Shown piece after piece: positions 51,301 through 64,000 of a stretch of 64,000 nucleotides of DNA (its first letter is position 1; every line of letters starts with the position of its first letter). The position numbers and the translations under genes are program-made. The notes beneath the pieces are model-generated. The model worked only from the letters and a program-made list of their open reading frames with translations. It was not told the origin of the DNA and did no database searches. Location: NCBI GenBank assembly GCA_963575745.1, contig CAUYUJ010000070.1:496001-560000 (forward strand), written 5' to 3'. Origin of the DNA: Prorocentrum cordatum (lineage: Eukaryota).

Positions 51301-54129
51301 GCGCGTCTGGCAAGGGCTGCGGCCGTTTTCTGAATTCGGAAACTGGGGGCGATACCGCTCGCGGGTTCCTCGCTGCGAGGTCGCCCCAGTGCGATCCTCA
51401 ATGGCGCGCGCGCGCGCGCGTTCAGACACAGGAACCGACGCGGGGCCCATAGGGCGTCTGGCGCCCCAGCGGCGGCGTCGCGCGGACGCGCTCGGAAGGG
51501 GACATTTCGCTCGCGCCACCGCGGGCGCCCCCACTGGCGAAGGGCGGAGAAGGAGGCTTCGAGGCGAACACGGGCGGCAACGAGGGCCTCCGCGGGCACT
51601 CCCACCGGCGAGGGCCCTGAACTAACGCGGGCTTCAGGCGACTGAACGGTCGACCGAAAGCTGGGCCAAAACCCTGGGGCGATCGATTGCGCCGGCACGG
51701 AGGACCGGAAAGAGCCCATGTCATCCTGCCGCGCACGTCGAAGCGTGGCTTCGAGGCGCGCATCGGCGCCGCCTTGTCCTGGCGAGGGCGATTGCTGCAT
51801 CGCCCCCCGCCCCGCAGCCCCCCCCGCGCCGTCGCGACGCCCGCGCGCCGTCGAAGGGCCGCCGCGCACGAAGGCGCCGGCCCCACGCGCGAAGCTCAGA
51901 GGCGGCGCGGGGGGCGCCACGGAGAGCGCCATGGATTCGGCCGAGAACCTATGGACTGAGGTCGACGACGAATGAGTCGAAACGACCGCGGGGTCCGTAG
52001 GTAGAGGACGATAGGGGGAAAAGAGGAGTCTCTGTCGCCCATGCGCCCGAAAGAACAGAGGCGCGCAAGATGTCCAATGTCCACGGTCTGAGCCGAGAGG
52101 CTAGCAGCATAGATGGATGGAAAGGGGAGATGAGCGGTCTTCACGCACACGGAGTGCGATGATGGCCTTAGCGCCCTCGGGCTGTCTCGCAATGCCAGCG
52201 GCGTCTCGGCGAGGATATCCCGCGAATTGCCGGGGCCCACTTGGTTGGACCCACCCGACCCCATTCAGCTAGCTCTGCGGGCCCGCGGCGCTGATTCCGC
52301 ATTGCGGCCCTCCTGTGAACAGTCCGAACAGGCCCCCTGCCACCCTGCAGCGGCGCTCATTCCAGGCGACGTTGAGCTCGCCATTGCGAAGATCAAAATC
52401 ATCGACGCTGACGCACCCGTTCAAAGGAACAAAATTGCAACCCGCGTTGAGGAACCACTTCGCGCGGCACCCCGCCCACCTTCCGGCCCGCGCATTCAAC
52501 GAGCGCTCTTGGAGAAGCGGGGCGAAAAAAATCTTGAACGCAGTATCTCGAACGCAACTTGCCGACGGTAAGGATCGGGGTGGAAAGGGGAATGCGGCCT
52601 TTTCTCGCCCTGGCGGCACGGTTGCACAATTGTCTTTCAACCAGCCGGGCGCTCCGAAGCCGCGTTTACCGTGGCACCGAGATCGAGCAAGCTGCTTTTG
52701 ATCAAAACCCTCGGGAACCAAAACCAATACCCTGTCGTTGAAGTGACATGACCGGTGTTGTTTCGACAGCGCGCGGGGTTGCGAGCTCCATGGGAACTAC
52801 GGGTCCGTCTTTTCACCGTTTCCGAAAAAGTCTCTCGAGCACGGAAGCGATCAAATAACGACAGCTGGAAAACGGCAGCAAAAACGGCCCCGGAATTAAA
52901 ACCGGAGCGGAAGCCGGGAAAAAGACGCCGACTGAACCGGCAAGAAACAGAAACAGAAACAAGGGCAGAACAGAAGCGGTGACAAAAACGGCCCTGTCGC
53001 TTCCAGGGCCCACGGAGGATGCGAGCCTCCATGCCCCAGCGTAGGACTGACAAAAAAGGGCGTTCAACAAGGCTGCCCGCGTGGAACTGGCCCGTTCACT
53101 TCCTGGACGCCCTTCGAGACACCTGCATGAGCGAGGTGATGAAGCTGCCCGCTGAAGCGGCAGAGGCGTTGGAGGTGCTGGCGGCATCGGCGACTGCCGC
53201 GGCACGGGGGCTGCGGCGGCCCGGGCTGATCACCAGATGCGCTGCCAAGCCGGAAACATGATTTAGTCCGTGGCGTCTCGGATCCGAGTCGCGGCCAGGC
53301 ACCGAGGGGCGTCGGGGGGAGCGGGGAGAGAGGGCCGCGGGCGGCTGGAGAGCCCTCGGAGCGCAGAGCACTTCAATGGTGCGCCGGAGCAGGCTCGGGC
53401 ACACGTCACGTAGCTGGCGGCGCCCCCAGGCGGTCGGCGCATCCAGGCGCAGAAGGCAGGTGAGGCACGGCAGCGCGGAGTCCATTGGTGGCCAGGGCAC
53501 GAGCAAGGGAGAGGAGCCCTCGGCGACAGCGACGCCACGTGAAAGCCGTCCCGGGCAGCACTCTCCGCGGCATCCAGGGAACAACTATCTGCTGCACGCA
53601 GGCACGGGCGCCCAAGAATGGCCAAGGGCCACCAGGCGGAGAGTTGCGCGAGGCGCGGAGACCATGGAGGGAGTCTCGGCACAAGATGAAGGTGGCAAGG
53701 CGCTCCTCCAGGTCGCGAAATGATCGTCCGCGGATCGCTTCCTCAGCAGCCACGGCCATCAGCACCAGGCACGAGGCATCACCGCGGAGCGCAGACCAGG
53801 TTGGAAACAGGCGAGGCGGACCCTGCGCTGAGAATATAGCTCGCGGAGCAGTCGCCCCCCCCCCCCCCCCCAGGGGCAAGACGAGCTGCCACCCGGCACA
53901 GACACGGGTGTTCACGAAGGCGCGCTTGAACTTAGCAGTGGCTGAAGGCACGACTGGGCCGCGCGTGCGTGGCCGCGCTGCGCGCGACCGCGGGCTGCCA
54001 GCTGCTGAAGCTGCTGCGCATGAAGCAGGAAGAGCAGCAGTGGACTGAGGGGACGAGCCCATCCTTCGCGCCTCGCCGCCGCGGACCGCGGGGAGCGCCT
54101 TAGGGAGGCGCAGCTGGCTGCGCGCCTCG

Positions 54130-55410
54130 GCGATGAGGTCGCTGTCGCAGGCCCGGTCGAAAAGCTCCGCGCAGGTGGTGCCGTCGTCCAGCATGCAGGC
54201 GGGGGTCTCACCAACCGCTGTCACATCCGGGAGGCCGCCCACGTCAATTTCACTGATGACACATGGGAGCGGTGGCATCGCAGAGGAGCCTGTTTTGGTG
54301 GCCTCCAGAAGAGGCGGAAGAACTTCATGAAGCCGCGGACATACGGGCACTGCTGCGATAAGATCTTCAGCGGTGGAGGTAGTGATCACGTTGTGGCCGA
54401 GGCCGCAATAAGCGACAAAGTGCGACAATGGCCCGGCAGCAGAACGTCCAAGCAGTTCGTCATGCGGAACTTCCGGTTGCCGCGGAGGTGGAGGTACCAC
54501 AGAGCTGACATCGCCAGCAGCAGAGGGGACCACGACGTGGAAGTCGTGGCCGCGAGGCGCGGGAGAATGTGAGAGCGGCTCAGCAGCAGGGCGATCAGCC
54601 GCGTCATCATGAGATAAATGGTTCTGAGGAGAAGATTGAGCCGTGACTCCGCGGGGTCGCGTTGGCGCTGGAGTCGGACCTGCCCCATGCTGGAGACGAT
54701 GACGGGCTGCCTCGACGACGCGGTCGTTGTCGCCGACCAGATTGACGAGCTCCACGCGGGTGACGCTGTTGCCCAGCATGCAAGCGGGGGTCTCGCCAAT
54801 CGCCGTCGCACTCGGGAGGCTGACGCGGTCAACTTTATTGATGACGAATGGAAGAGATGGCTCCCTGAAAGAGCCTGTGGTGGTGGCCGCCATTGTCGCC
54901 GTCATGGGGTCGACTGTCGACCTCCCGACGACAGGGTCGTCGTCGCCGCCCTGGTCGAGGGGCTCCGCACAGGTGATGCTGATGCCCAGCATGCGGGCGG
55001 GGGCTTCGCCAACGGCGATCACGTTGGGGAGGCCGCCCACGTCAACTTCACTGATGGCAAATGGGAGCGGTGGCATCGCAGAGGAGCCTGTTTTCGTGGC
55101 CTCCAGGGGAGGCGGCAGAACGTCATGAAGCCGTGGGAGTACGGGTACTGTTAAGATGAGATCATCAGCGCCGGAAGTAGCAATGATGTTGTAGTCGTAG
55201 TCGCGATGACCAACAGAACGCGACAGCGGCTCGGCAGCAGAACACCCAAGCACTTCGCCATGGAAAAACTTCAGGTGGCCGTAGAAGAAGAGGTACCGCA
55301 GTGCTGACATCGTCAGCAGCAGAGGAAACCATGGCGCGGGAGCCGTGGCCGCGAGGGGCCATAAAGGGGGGGGAACGGCTCGGGCGCAGGGCGCTCAGCC
55401 GCGTCATCCT
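54130..55410. repeat. About 800-bp tandem duplication within the minus-strand ORF 53406..55310
   Basis: gcggtggcatcgcagaggagcctgtttt at about 54269 and 55068; the peptide LEATKTGSSAMPPLP.VISE.DVGGLP occurs twice, plus a third partial subunit at about 54770. Confidence 0.85.
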
Positions 55411-55439
55411 GCGGCACTTGATTCTGATAGGGGCGATTG

Positions 55440-58100
55440 AACCATGACAGCCTGAAATCGAGGAGGCGCTGGAGACTTTCACGGGCTGTCCGAAGAGCGC
55501 GGAGATGCGAGTCGCATTGCGATAATGCGCATCCACCATTCACTGGAAGACGCCCGCCATTGTAGTTGATTCGCCGACGCAGGCCCAATCTTCGCACCAA
55601 GGTAAGTGCCAACCCCTTGGATGTCATAGTATTGCCATTCAGGGAAGTTGCTTGCGAGGAACGCGCGGCCTTCTTGCTGCACCTGCGGTGCATTTGCGGC
55701 CCAAAATGGGATGATGGCGCGCTTCTTTGAGCGGCGCCGCAGATGCCCAGGGCGCGCGGCGGCATTGAAGGACGAGCGAAGAGCTGGCAAGTCCTGAAGC
55801 TGGTTGAGGTGCAACCCGAGATCATCAGCACATGCTGCAACAGTGCCGACGTCAGCAGAGCCGATCTGCGCGCCGAGTGCGCGAATGATGACGCCCATTG
55901 CAATGGCCCAGATCGCGCCCGAGAGGAGACACCCTTGCGCAACCCCAGCAGAGAGGGGACAGATGTTGTGGTAGTCTCCAAGTAATGTGACCACTCTATG
56001 GGCGTCGTGGTAAAACGCACGCACAGCATTCGTGAAGCCCCGCTCGAAGCGGAAATTCGACAACGTGGCAACTCACCTATCGCGGCCCAAGGATGGGAAC
56101 GCAGCCGCGATGTCTAAAATAACCTGAGCAGGGCGGTCCACACTTGCGTCTGGCGGAAGGACTGCAGCACGCCCAAGCGCGTCCATGACCACGATGCTGC
56201 GGTCAAAGTTACGGCCGCGGACGAAGCACTGCTGAATCTGGCGGGCGTGCTCTTCGACTGGGATGCGCATCTGCTCGTTGAGTGCCGCTGCAATCAGCTT
56301 GCTGTCGGCGCTCTTGCGCGAAATCGGACGAAGGGTGTCCAGCGCCCCGGCGCAGACGGGGGCGCCCTCGTCATCCGTGCTTTTCGGCACGAAGGAGAAG
56401 ATGGAATCGTTGAAGCCTGTCGGCGCCCAGCCCGATTCCAGCGCGCCCCAGATCACGTCGTCGAGAGCGTCCGACCCGCTGGGCGCCGAGTGCTACGCAC
56501 AGCATTGGAGACGATCGGGTCCAGGAGCAGACGCTCTGGCACGCTGAGCTGCTCTGCGGAGAGCGGCAGGGGTCGGCATAGCAAGTTGCGGAGGTCGAGG
56601 TAGAGGAGGGGGCGCGCTGCTGCGCGATTGCATTCATGGCTCGGCGGTCGACGTCTTCGCGGGCATGGGCGGGGGGCCAGCGGGCTTGGAGCACCCGCGC
56701 CACGTCGCGAGTCCGCTCGCCAGGGACGCGGGCGCCAACAAATTGGATGACACGGGCAAAGGGAGCCCAGGCACGGGCTCGGCGATGTGCTGCGCGGGCT
56801 GCTTCCTGTTGGCGAGCGGCTTCCAACTCTCGCCCCCCCCCCCCGCGCCGCCGCTGCCTGTCGCTTCTGCAAGATGCACTGGTCGTGGCGGGAGCTCCGC
56901 ACACGCCTCCTCATCGGCAAGCAGTACGCGATCGTTCTCCAGCTGCAGCAAGTGGCTGGCATGCGAATCCATCGCGAGAAGAATGGCAGCGGGCGCGGCA
57001 TCCTGACGCCACGCCGCTCGCGAAATCGAACGATAGACCAGTAGCCGCGCCTCGGCGGGGGCCTGCCCACGCCGGCCACCAGGAAGCTGTAGAAGACGAT
57101 TCTGGGCGAGGCGCGCTGCCTCGACCACGTGCGCTTCGATCGCCCTCCACGCCGAGGTCGGGGCTGGGGCGAGGCCCCTGGAGCGCTAAGAGAGAGAAGG
57201 TTGCAGAACTTGGCGCACATGGGGGGCGCGAAGAGGAACTCCAGAAAAAAGGCTGCGCGTTCTCCTTGCGCGGGGTCGCAACGTCAACGTGCAGCCAGAA
57301 TAGCAAGGTCACTGAGTCACTGAGGCAGCAAGAATAGCAGTAGTAGCATCATGCTGAATGTGGACCTGAAGTTGGAGGCTGGGAAGCGCACGACCAGGAA
57401 GGCCGCAGAAGATTCGGCCAACGCGCGTCTTGATTGCCGCACCGGGATCGCATAGCGCCGGTTCTCCAGAGGTGATCTCCGTCATGAGTGAAAAGTGTCG
57501 CCCCCAACTGGCTCGCTAAAATGCACGCCCACCTGGGGTGGGGAATTCCAGGGGCCCAGGACGGTGCACTCGAACTCCAGGTTCGTCGTTGAAATCACCA
57601 AGAGCCAAGACAAGTATATCCACGGGGCGCTGTTGTGCCCATCGCTGGGCAGCTTGCCAATACTGGAACGTCGCCGTACATTCAGCAGCGGGACGGTCAC
57701 AGTTGCGCACGTTCATAATGATGGCGAGACATCATTAACCCTGAAAGTGTTCAAGCGAGAGCACCCTGCCCGCTGTCAGAACACGATGGGGCACAATGAT
57801 CTGCGATGAGGAGGTCGGGGGCAACGCGAGAACCGAGGGCCACCGAGGCACTGGGGATGCCCATAAGATCGCGGCAGTAGGCGTTGCCGCTGGAGGAAGG
57901 GGGTTCGACCATCGCGCGGGCGATAACGGAGACAGGGCCGAGGTCATGGGCATCGACGCCGACGGAGTAGAGGTCGCAGGACAGCCAGCAGGCGTCGACG
58001 ACGGCGGCGAACAGACACTGGGACCTAGCGGAGCCACCGCAATCCCAAGCCCCTCAGTGCGGCGAGATGGGACATTGGGTGCAGCTGCTACCTGCAAAAG
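55440..58100 (-). mobile_element. Decayed LINE E (APE-RT), same RT subtype as LINE C, 3'-disrupted
   Basis: LALGDFN (57516..57716); LRPISRKSADSKL, QQCFVRGR and LDIAAAFPSL (56073..56456); GVAQGCLLSG, CADDLG and TYLG (55479..56063). Confidence 0.88.
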
Positions 58101-58167
58101 GGGAACCATCAGACCACGTCGTAGACACGGGGCTTACCAATTCTCTCTGGGGTAGTCTGGAGGAGGA

Positions 58168-58540
58168 ATGCATGCATACATACACACATGATTGCATGCA
58201 TGCATATGCATGCATACATACATACATGAATATATACAAATATATGCATACATACATACATACATGCATGCAAATATACATACATACATATGTACCTGTA
58301 TAGATGCATGCATATATACATACATAGATACATACATATATACATGCATGCATGCATGCATGCATGCATGCATGCATGCATGCATACAAACATATATGCA
58401 TACACACACATACATACATACATACATACATACATACATACATACATACATACATACATACATACATGCATGCATGCATGCATGCATGCATGCATGCATG
58501 CATACATATATACATATATATACACACAGACAGATAGACC

Positions 58541-58604
<64 letters not shown>

Positions 58605-58705
58605 GGCAGACATGCATACATCTATATAAATATATATATATATATATATGTATATATGGATATACGCATGCATACATACATATCTGTATTATGTACACAT
58701 ATGTG
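58168..58705. repeat. Compound microsatellite (CATG)n/(CATA)n/(GACA)n/(TA)n
   Basis: Directly visible. Confidence 0.95.
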
Positions 58706-58833
58706 CACACGAACGACAAGTGCGGGGGGGTATGGAGATGCCGCCAAGTTGTTCCTCAGTGCAGATCCTTCGCCCCACGCTGCTAGACTCGGCCCCGCCT
58801 GCCTCTCTGCAATTACTTCGGATCCCGTGGCGC

Positions 58834-58898
58834 CTTGCTCGTGCCGCCTCTGCTTCATCCGCTTCTCCTGGACCTGGCGGACCTCGTCGGCCTCCAGG
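58834..58898 (-). CDS. Candidate host exon (LEADEVRQVQEKRMKQRRHEQ)
   Basis: cttctctgctgcccag acceptor, AAG|GC donor, 20 of 21 full codons ending in G/C. Confidence 0.5.
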
Positions 58899-58969
58899 CT
58901 GGGCAGCAGAGAAGGGTACAGGGTGCCGAGATGGGGAAGATCGAATAATCAAAAACAAAACAAACTGTA

Positions 58970-59140
58970 CCGGCATAAACTTTCAAAGATCCGCGCGGAT
59001 TTCATTCGTGCATCGGCGCGGGATCCCCCTCCGTGGCGCGCGGAGCGCGCCAGGGGCGGCGCAGGAGGCGCCGCCAGGAGGGCCCGAGCGCCGATCCAGG
59101 AAATCCGCGCGGAGCTCCGAAAGCTTATGTTTATGCTGTT
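58970..59140. mobile_element. MITE-like element with about 29-bp terminal inverted repeats
   Basis: cataaactttcaaagatccgcgcggattt ... aaatccgcgcggagctccgaaagcttatg; homologous to 22590-22760. Confidence 0.7.
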
Positions 59141-59772
59141 GTTTGCGCTTCGAGCAGAGGCAAGAGGCACGGGGCAGAAATAGCGCGTGACAGGGGGGCA
59201 GTATTTGTCCGCCCCCAGTCCTTGAGCATCATGTGCAGATCGTTCTGAATTCGTTTTGACAAGAGAGAACTGCGTACTCAGTTTGGCGCAGGCGGGGCGG
59301 GCGGGATTTGCCTCAGAGGACCCACATCGGGCCGCGCTAGCAGCACACTGCGAACTGTACACGAGCGTTGCGTCTAGGAAGAAGCCCTTCTCTGGAGAGG
59401 CCGGGACGAGCGGAGGGACGGCGGCAGCAGGAAGCGGCGGCGATGATGGCTGCGGCACGCGCAGCACTAGCTCCCGCAGGCTCGCAGAAGCACGCGTCCA
59501 GCCACGCCCCCTCAGTCTCTCTTTCTCTCTCTTTCTCTCTCTCTCTCTCTCGGGCAGGCCGCGGGGGCGAGCGCTCGAGGCGCCACTTGGCGGGCCTCAC
59601 GGCCGGCTCGCTCGCCAGCACAGGCGGGCTCAGTTCCCCCCTCCCCTCCTGGGAGGGGAGGGGCGGCAGAGTAGAGGGGCGGGGGGGGGGCGTCGGGGAG
59701 AGGAGGAGGAGCAGGAGGAGGAGGAGGAGGAGGAAGAGGAGGAGGGGGGGAGGGGGCGGGGGGACAGCGGGC

Positions 59773-59874
59773 CTTCTGCCGCACCAGGTCCTCGGCCACC
59801 GCGGCGCGGTCCGCGGGGCCCTGGATCACGCAGACCTGGTCGTCGGGGCTCGCCGCGGGGTTGTAGTCCGTGGT
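59773..59874 (-). CDS. Candidate host exon, possibly the C-terminal part of a KH domain (TTDYNPAASPDDQVCVIQGPADRAAVAEDLVRQK)
   Basis: CAG acceptor, AAG|GC donor, 34/34 codons ending in G/C. VCVIQGP..RAAVAEDLV resembles the last strand and helix of a type I KH domain. Confidence 0.55.
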
Positions 59875-60770
59875 CTGCGCGGCCGCGTCGCCGAGGCGGG
59901 GCGGCCCCAGCGATCGTCGAGGGGAGGGGCCCAAGCGATCGTCGTCGTCGTCGACGTAGGCGTCGTCGCCGTCGCAGGCGCTGTCGCCGTTGACGATGTA
60001 GGTGGGAGGATGCCCCGCTGCATGTCCTCTCCTTCCGTACCCACTTCCACCTGCTCCTTCCTCCATCTACATTATGCTCCCCGACCTCCGCCTGCTCCGC
60101 CTCCTCATCCTACTCCTCCTCCTCCTCCTCCTCCTCCTCCTCCTCCTCCTCCTCCTCCTCCTCCTCCTCCTCGTGATCCTCCTCATCCTCCTCCTCATCC
60201 TCCTGCTCCTCCTCCTCATCCTCCTCCTCGTGATCCTCCTCCGCATAATCCTCCTCCCGCCTCTTCCTCCTCCTCCTTCTCCTCGTCCTCCTCCTCCTCC
60301 TCCTCCTCCTCCTCATCATCATCATCATCAGCAGCAGCATCATCATCATCATCCTCCTCCCCCTTTCCTGGAAGACTCATGCTTCTCTTATTAATCGGCT
60401 TCCCATTCGCCCTCATCAAGCGAATGATCCTCCCCCATCGCCTGGTCTCGTCCTCATCCTCCGCTCCTTCAACTCCCACTCCTGCCCTTTTCTCCCTCGA
60501 CACTGCATACGGAAGTAATGGTTCGCTGTTGTCTCCAACAGGAGGCTCGAGGTGGTCAGGGTATGGCCTTGCGGAGGCCAACAATAACACTAGAACAGTG
60601 TAGCATGATCCCAAACAGAAGACCACGGCTTGACCTGTACGGCGTCAATATAAAAGACGGCCATTGGAGCTCTGCCATGCGCGAAGGAACTAGTCCCGCC
60701 AGTCCTCTGGGCGTAGGTGATTTTGGCGTCGTGCTCCTCAAATCCCCAGCTTTTCCTGCGGGGAGAGTTC

Positions 60771-60788
60771 CACACACATACACACACA

Positions 60789-60829
<41 letters not shown>

Positions 60830-60960
60830 GCGCGCGCACACACTCTCACACACACACACACACACACACACCACCACACCACACCACACCACACCACACC
60901 ACACCACACCACACCACACCACACCACACCACACCACACCACACCACACCACACCACACA
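60771..60960. repeat. (CA)n and (CACAC)n microsatellites
   Basis: Directly visible. Confidence 0.95.
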
Positions 60961-63588
60961 ATCCCATACCCTCGTAGCCCGGGTCGGAAGAGGTGGCGAT
61001 GCGTCGGGGGCCCGCTTGGGCCAAAAATGAATATAACACCGTCCTAGATAAGATTTGGATTCCCCTAGATGAAATCTAGGATGGCGCCACGGTGAAACAG
61101 CATGGCCTCCACGACGCCAGCAAGGAGGCCTCAAACCAATATCGAAACGACTCGGAGTGGCCACGGAGACTCATCACGATGTCCCCAACAGGCCGAAGCC
61201 CTTTCAAAGCCTCAGGCTACTCAATGATGTTTGCCTTTCCGCCTTCTCGCTTCCAGTGGACGACTCCAACATCGCCGCAGAGAGCCCAATGCGGGGCTCA
61301 GAAGGGCTCCAAGACGCCCTCCGAGATCCCAAAGAGCGCCCCAAGAGCGCAGCAAGAGGGCCCCCCAGGTGCGAGGTGTCACTTATCGACGGGGCAGAGC
61401 CAACCAAGCTCCCCTCACCCCTTGTGGTCGACGCTCTCCTGGGTCGGCCCAGAGGGAGGCCGAAGAGAGACTCGACAGAGCCCCAAGAGAGCCCAGAAGG
61501 CCTCCAAAACGCCCCAGGAGATCCCGAACACAGCCCCAAGAAGCGAAGGCATCTGTTGTTGACTCCTGTGGATCTTTCGCGTCTGTCCGCTGATGCGGAC
61601 CTCGCGGCGCCTCTACGGGAGGTCCCTCAGCTACTCAAAGAAGAAGCGACCGCCGTGGAATGTGCAGGTGATTCGAGCAGACGGTTGTCCCTTCTCTTCG
61701 TGCACATTGAAACTTCCAACGCGTCCCTGATAAAAAGGTAACTCGACTTGGGAGCGTGTCTATTTGAGCTGGTGCGGCAACACAAAGCGTCAACAATTGC
61801 ACTCCCTCTGTCCGCTCCCCATCTTGGGCCATCCCTCCGATCTCTTGTCTCAACTCAAATCCATACCAGGATAGCCGCCTCACCGCTTCACACGCTGCAC
61901 CACAAGACTGTTGGGTGCCCGACGTCACATTGACGAGATGGCCCACAATTCTATGCCTTACCCGATCACACTACAAAAACGGATCACCATGCTGATATGA
62001 AGGATCCGCTCCTCCCTGGACGGGGCTTGCCAAACTCGTCATCTACTCTCTGAAAGCAGCTGTTCAGAAAAATATCGCTGAGTGGTATCACCACAAACGA
62101 AACTTCACCACTTGCTGTTTGCGATCACGCAAAACTGCCCTGCAACTTCTCCCACCCTGTACTCCCGTGAGACAAAGTGTTGTTACCATGGTGGGCGCGA
62201 ACATTGTGTAGAGATGTTGTGAACCGTCTCCTGCACCTTGTGAACATGGCGCTACTGCGCCGCCGGTGCTGCCAGCCGCGGCTGCCGTGTTCTTGCCTTC
62301 GTCTCCTCGGCGCCCACGTCACTGCTTCTTGCGGCGGCCCTGCTTGGCTCTCGCCCCGCCAGCTCTGCCGCACGTCGGCCCCCTCGCTTCCTGCGCCCCC
62401 ATCTTTCCGGCGCCGAGCCCCTGGATCTGTGCCTCGCTTGGGCCGTGCCAGTGTCGGCGCCTCTGCGGCCTGCTGTCCAACTTCTCCTCCGCCCCCTGCC
62501 GCTCCTCTGGCGCCTGGCGCCTCGTGTGGCCGCTTTCTTCTGGTGGGCTTGTTTTCCACCACCACTACCATAAGTAGGAGGGGGAGGGGATCCTCCTCCT
62601 CCTCTTCCTCCTCATCCTCCACCTCCTTCCCCCCTCCAACTTATAGTGGCGGTGGTGGGAAACAGGCCCATCATCTTCTGCTTCCCCCGCTCCCAGCTTC
62701 CTTGCACCCGGCCGCCCCGGCCTGCCTCTCAGCCCAGGGCACCTGGGCCACCGCGCGCTCCTCGCACCAGGTGGCTGACTCGATGTGCGCTGAGCGTGGC
62801 CCGCCGGTGCTTGACCTGCCGTTGCCTTGCCAATGCGGCGCCTGGAGGACAAGGCGCCCTGATGCCTGCAGTGCGCCCCAAGGCTCCACCTCAGAGGAGT
62901 CCAAAGTGAGCTTGGTAGGTCACATTGCATCCATTTCCATGTCGGGGAATACGATATGTGTATGTGGATGGGTAGGATAGGAGAAGATCGATGTATCGGT
63001 TTTTCCAGCACATGGCGAATACCATGTCAGGTATCCGGGCAAATAGGGCGCGCGTGCCTTGAGCCACAAGGCAGCGACGCGCAGGCTATACTCTCGTGTA
63101 TATATATACACCCCAAAAGAGCTACCCTTAAAGTCGGGAGGGGAGGAGACGGAGAGTAAAGCCGCGCAGTCGCTAGGCTCTCGGCAATCGCGCGACAGCT
63201 CGAACGGAAAAACAGTGCTCGCAATCTAGTTCACCACTAGACAGAAGGGCGAGCTTCCTCGCCGGCGAGTTACCTCGCAAAGGTTTTCCACGCGTTTTGC
63301 AAAGAGAGCCCCTGGGGCGACCAAGGGCTAGCGGCCCGGTTAGAGGTTAGCCAAACAGGATATTCCCCTCCGGGCAAGAGATATTGAGGCAAGGAGCCTA
63401 GGAGAACTGGAAAGGCTCGCTGCCAAGCGTGAAAAATGGCATGGCCCGTTTCCGAGCGAGCTGGAGTGCGCCTACATAATAGGCGCCCGTGCTGGCTAGC
63501 TGGACCGCAGAGGCAACAAGGACAGACTAGAAACGATTCGGCTTCAGTTTTGTTTTGTCCTCAGGGCCCCGAAAATGAACAAACTGCT

Positions 63589-64000
63589 TCACGTCATACT
63601 CAACGACTGAGTACCTGACATCACTTCCAAAAGCAGCTCCCGATCGATACTCCCCTTTGTGTGCCCATCTGCGGTCATGTCCCTAGCGTCACACCACTGT
63701 ATGTTATGCACTATACCTATATCCATGAGCTCACGTATCCAACTGGTATGTCCTAGCAGGGTGCGTTCTGTCGGTATCTTGAGGTCTTTGCTAGACAGTG
63801 ACTTGTATACAGACTCGGCGTCTATCGTGAAGGATACTTTGACAGCCAGGCCTCCAACTTCACGCATATCCCGTAGTTGTCGCGGGGTGAGTGCCCCAGC
63901 CTTGAGCTCGTGGAGGGTGATGAGCGTGGGATAGCATTCATCAAGGTTGTGTGCAGCTGCGAGTGCCTTAGCGGCGTAGCTGGACCTCACCTGCAGTCGG
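63589..64000 (-). mobile_element. Ty1/copia LTR retrotransposon pol C-terminus (RNase H)
   Basis: IDAESVYKSL...PTERTLLGH..WIRE...IQWCDARDMTADGHTKG matches the copia RNase H end (D...S, xADxxTK). Confidence 0.85.

Noticed and set aside
61015..61029. SL-like CATTTTTGGCCCAAG on the minus strand
   Set aside because: Short, with an indel and a mismatch, and no recognisable ORF downstream; chance cannot be excluded.
63058..63075. SL-like GCCTTGTGGCTCAAG on the minus strand
   Set aside because: Only the 3' 9 nt match exactly, and there is no downstream coding signal.
63220..63590. Copia 3' LTR and polypurine tract
   Set aside because: Only one end of the element is in the window, so LTR boundaries cannot be defined.

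Overview
GC-rich, repeat-dominated eukaryotic genomic DNA, almost certainly from a dinoflagellate: two near-complete copies of the 22-nt dinoflagellate spliced leader (DinoSL, DCCGTAGCCATTTTGGCTCAAG) lie on the minus strand. There are no prokaryotic-style genes. Most ORFs in the track are artefacts of GC-rich and low-complexity sequence. The window holds five decayed APE-RT non-LTR retrotransposons (LINEs), the RNase H end of a Ty1/copia element, two copies of a DINE-1/Helentron-like element carrying 90-bp satellite arrays, MITE-like and foldback elements, many satellites and microsatellites, and a few short candidate host exons. All recognisable coding remnants are on the minus strand. The most striking observation is that two differently built LINEs each begin at a near-complete genomic DinoSL copy (35536-35557 and 44950-44971). 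This suggests LINEs whose RNA is SL trans-spliced and retrotransposed together with the leader, which would regenerate a trans-splice acceptor at each new insertion. One of these LINEs lacks ORF1 and appears to carry an extra ORF downstream of the RT. All calls were made by eye, without database searches, and element boundaries are approximate.
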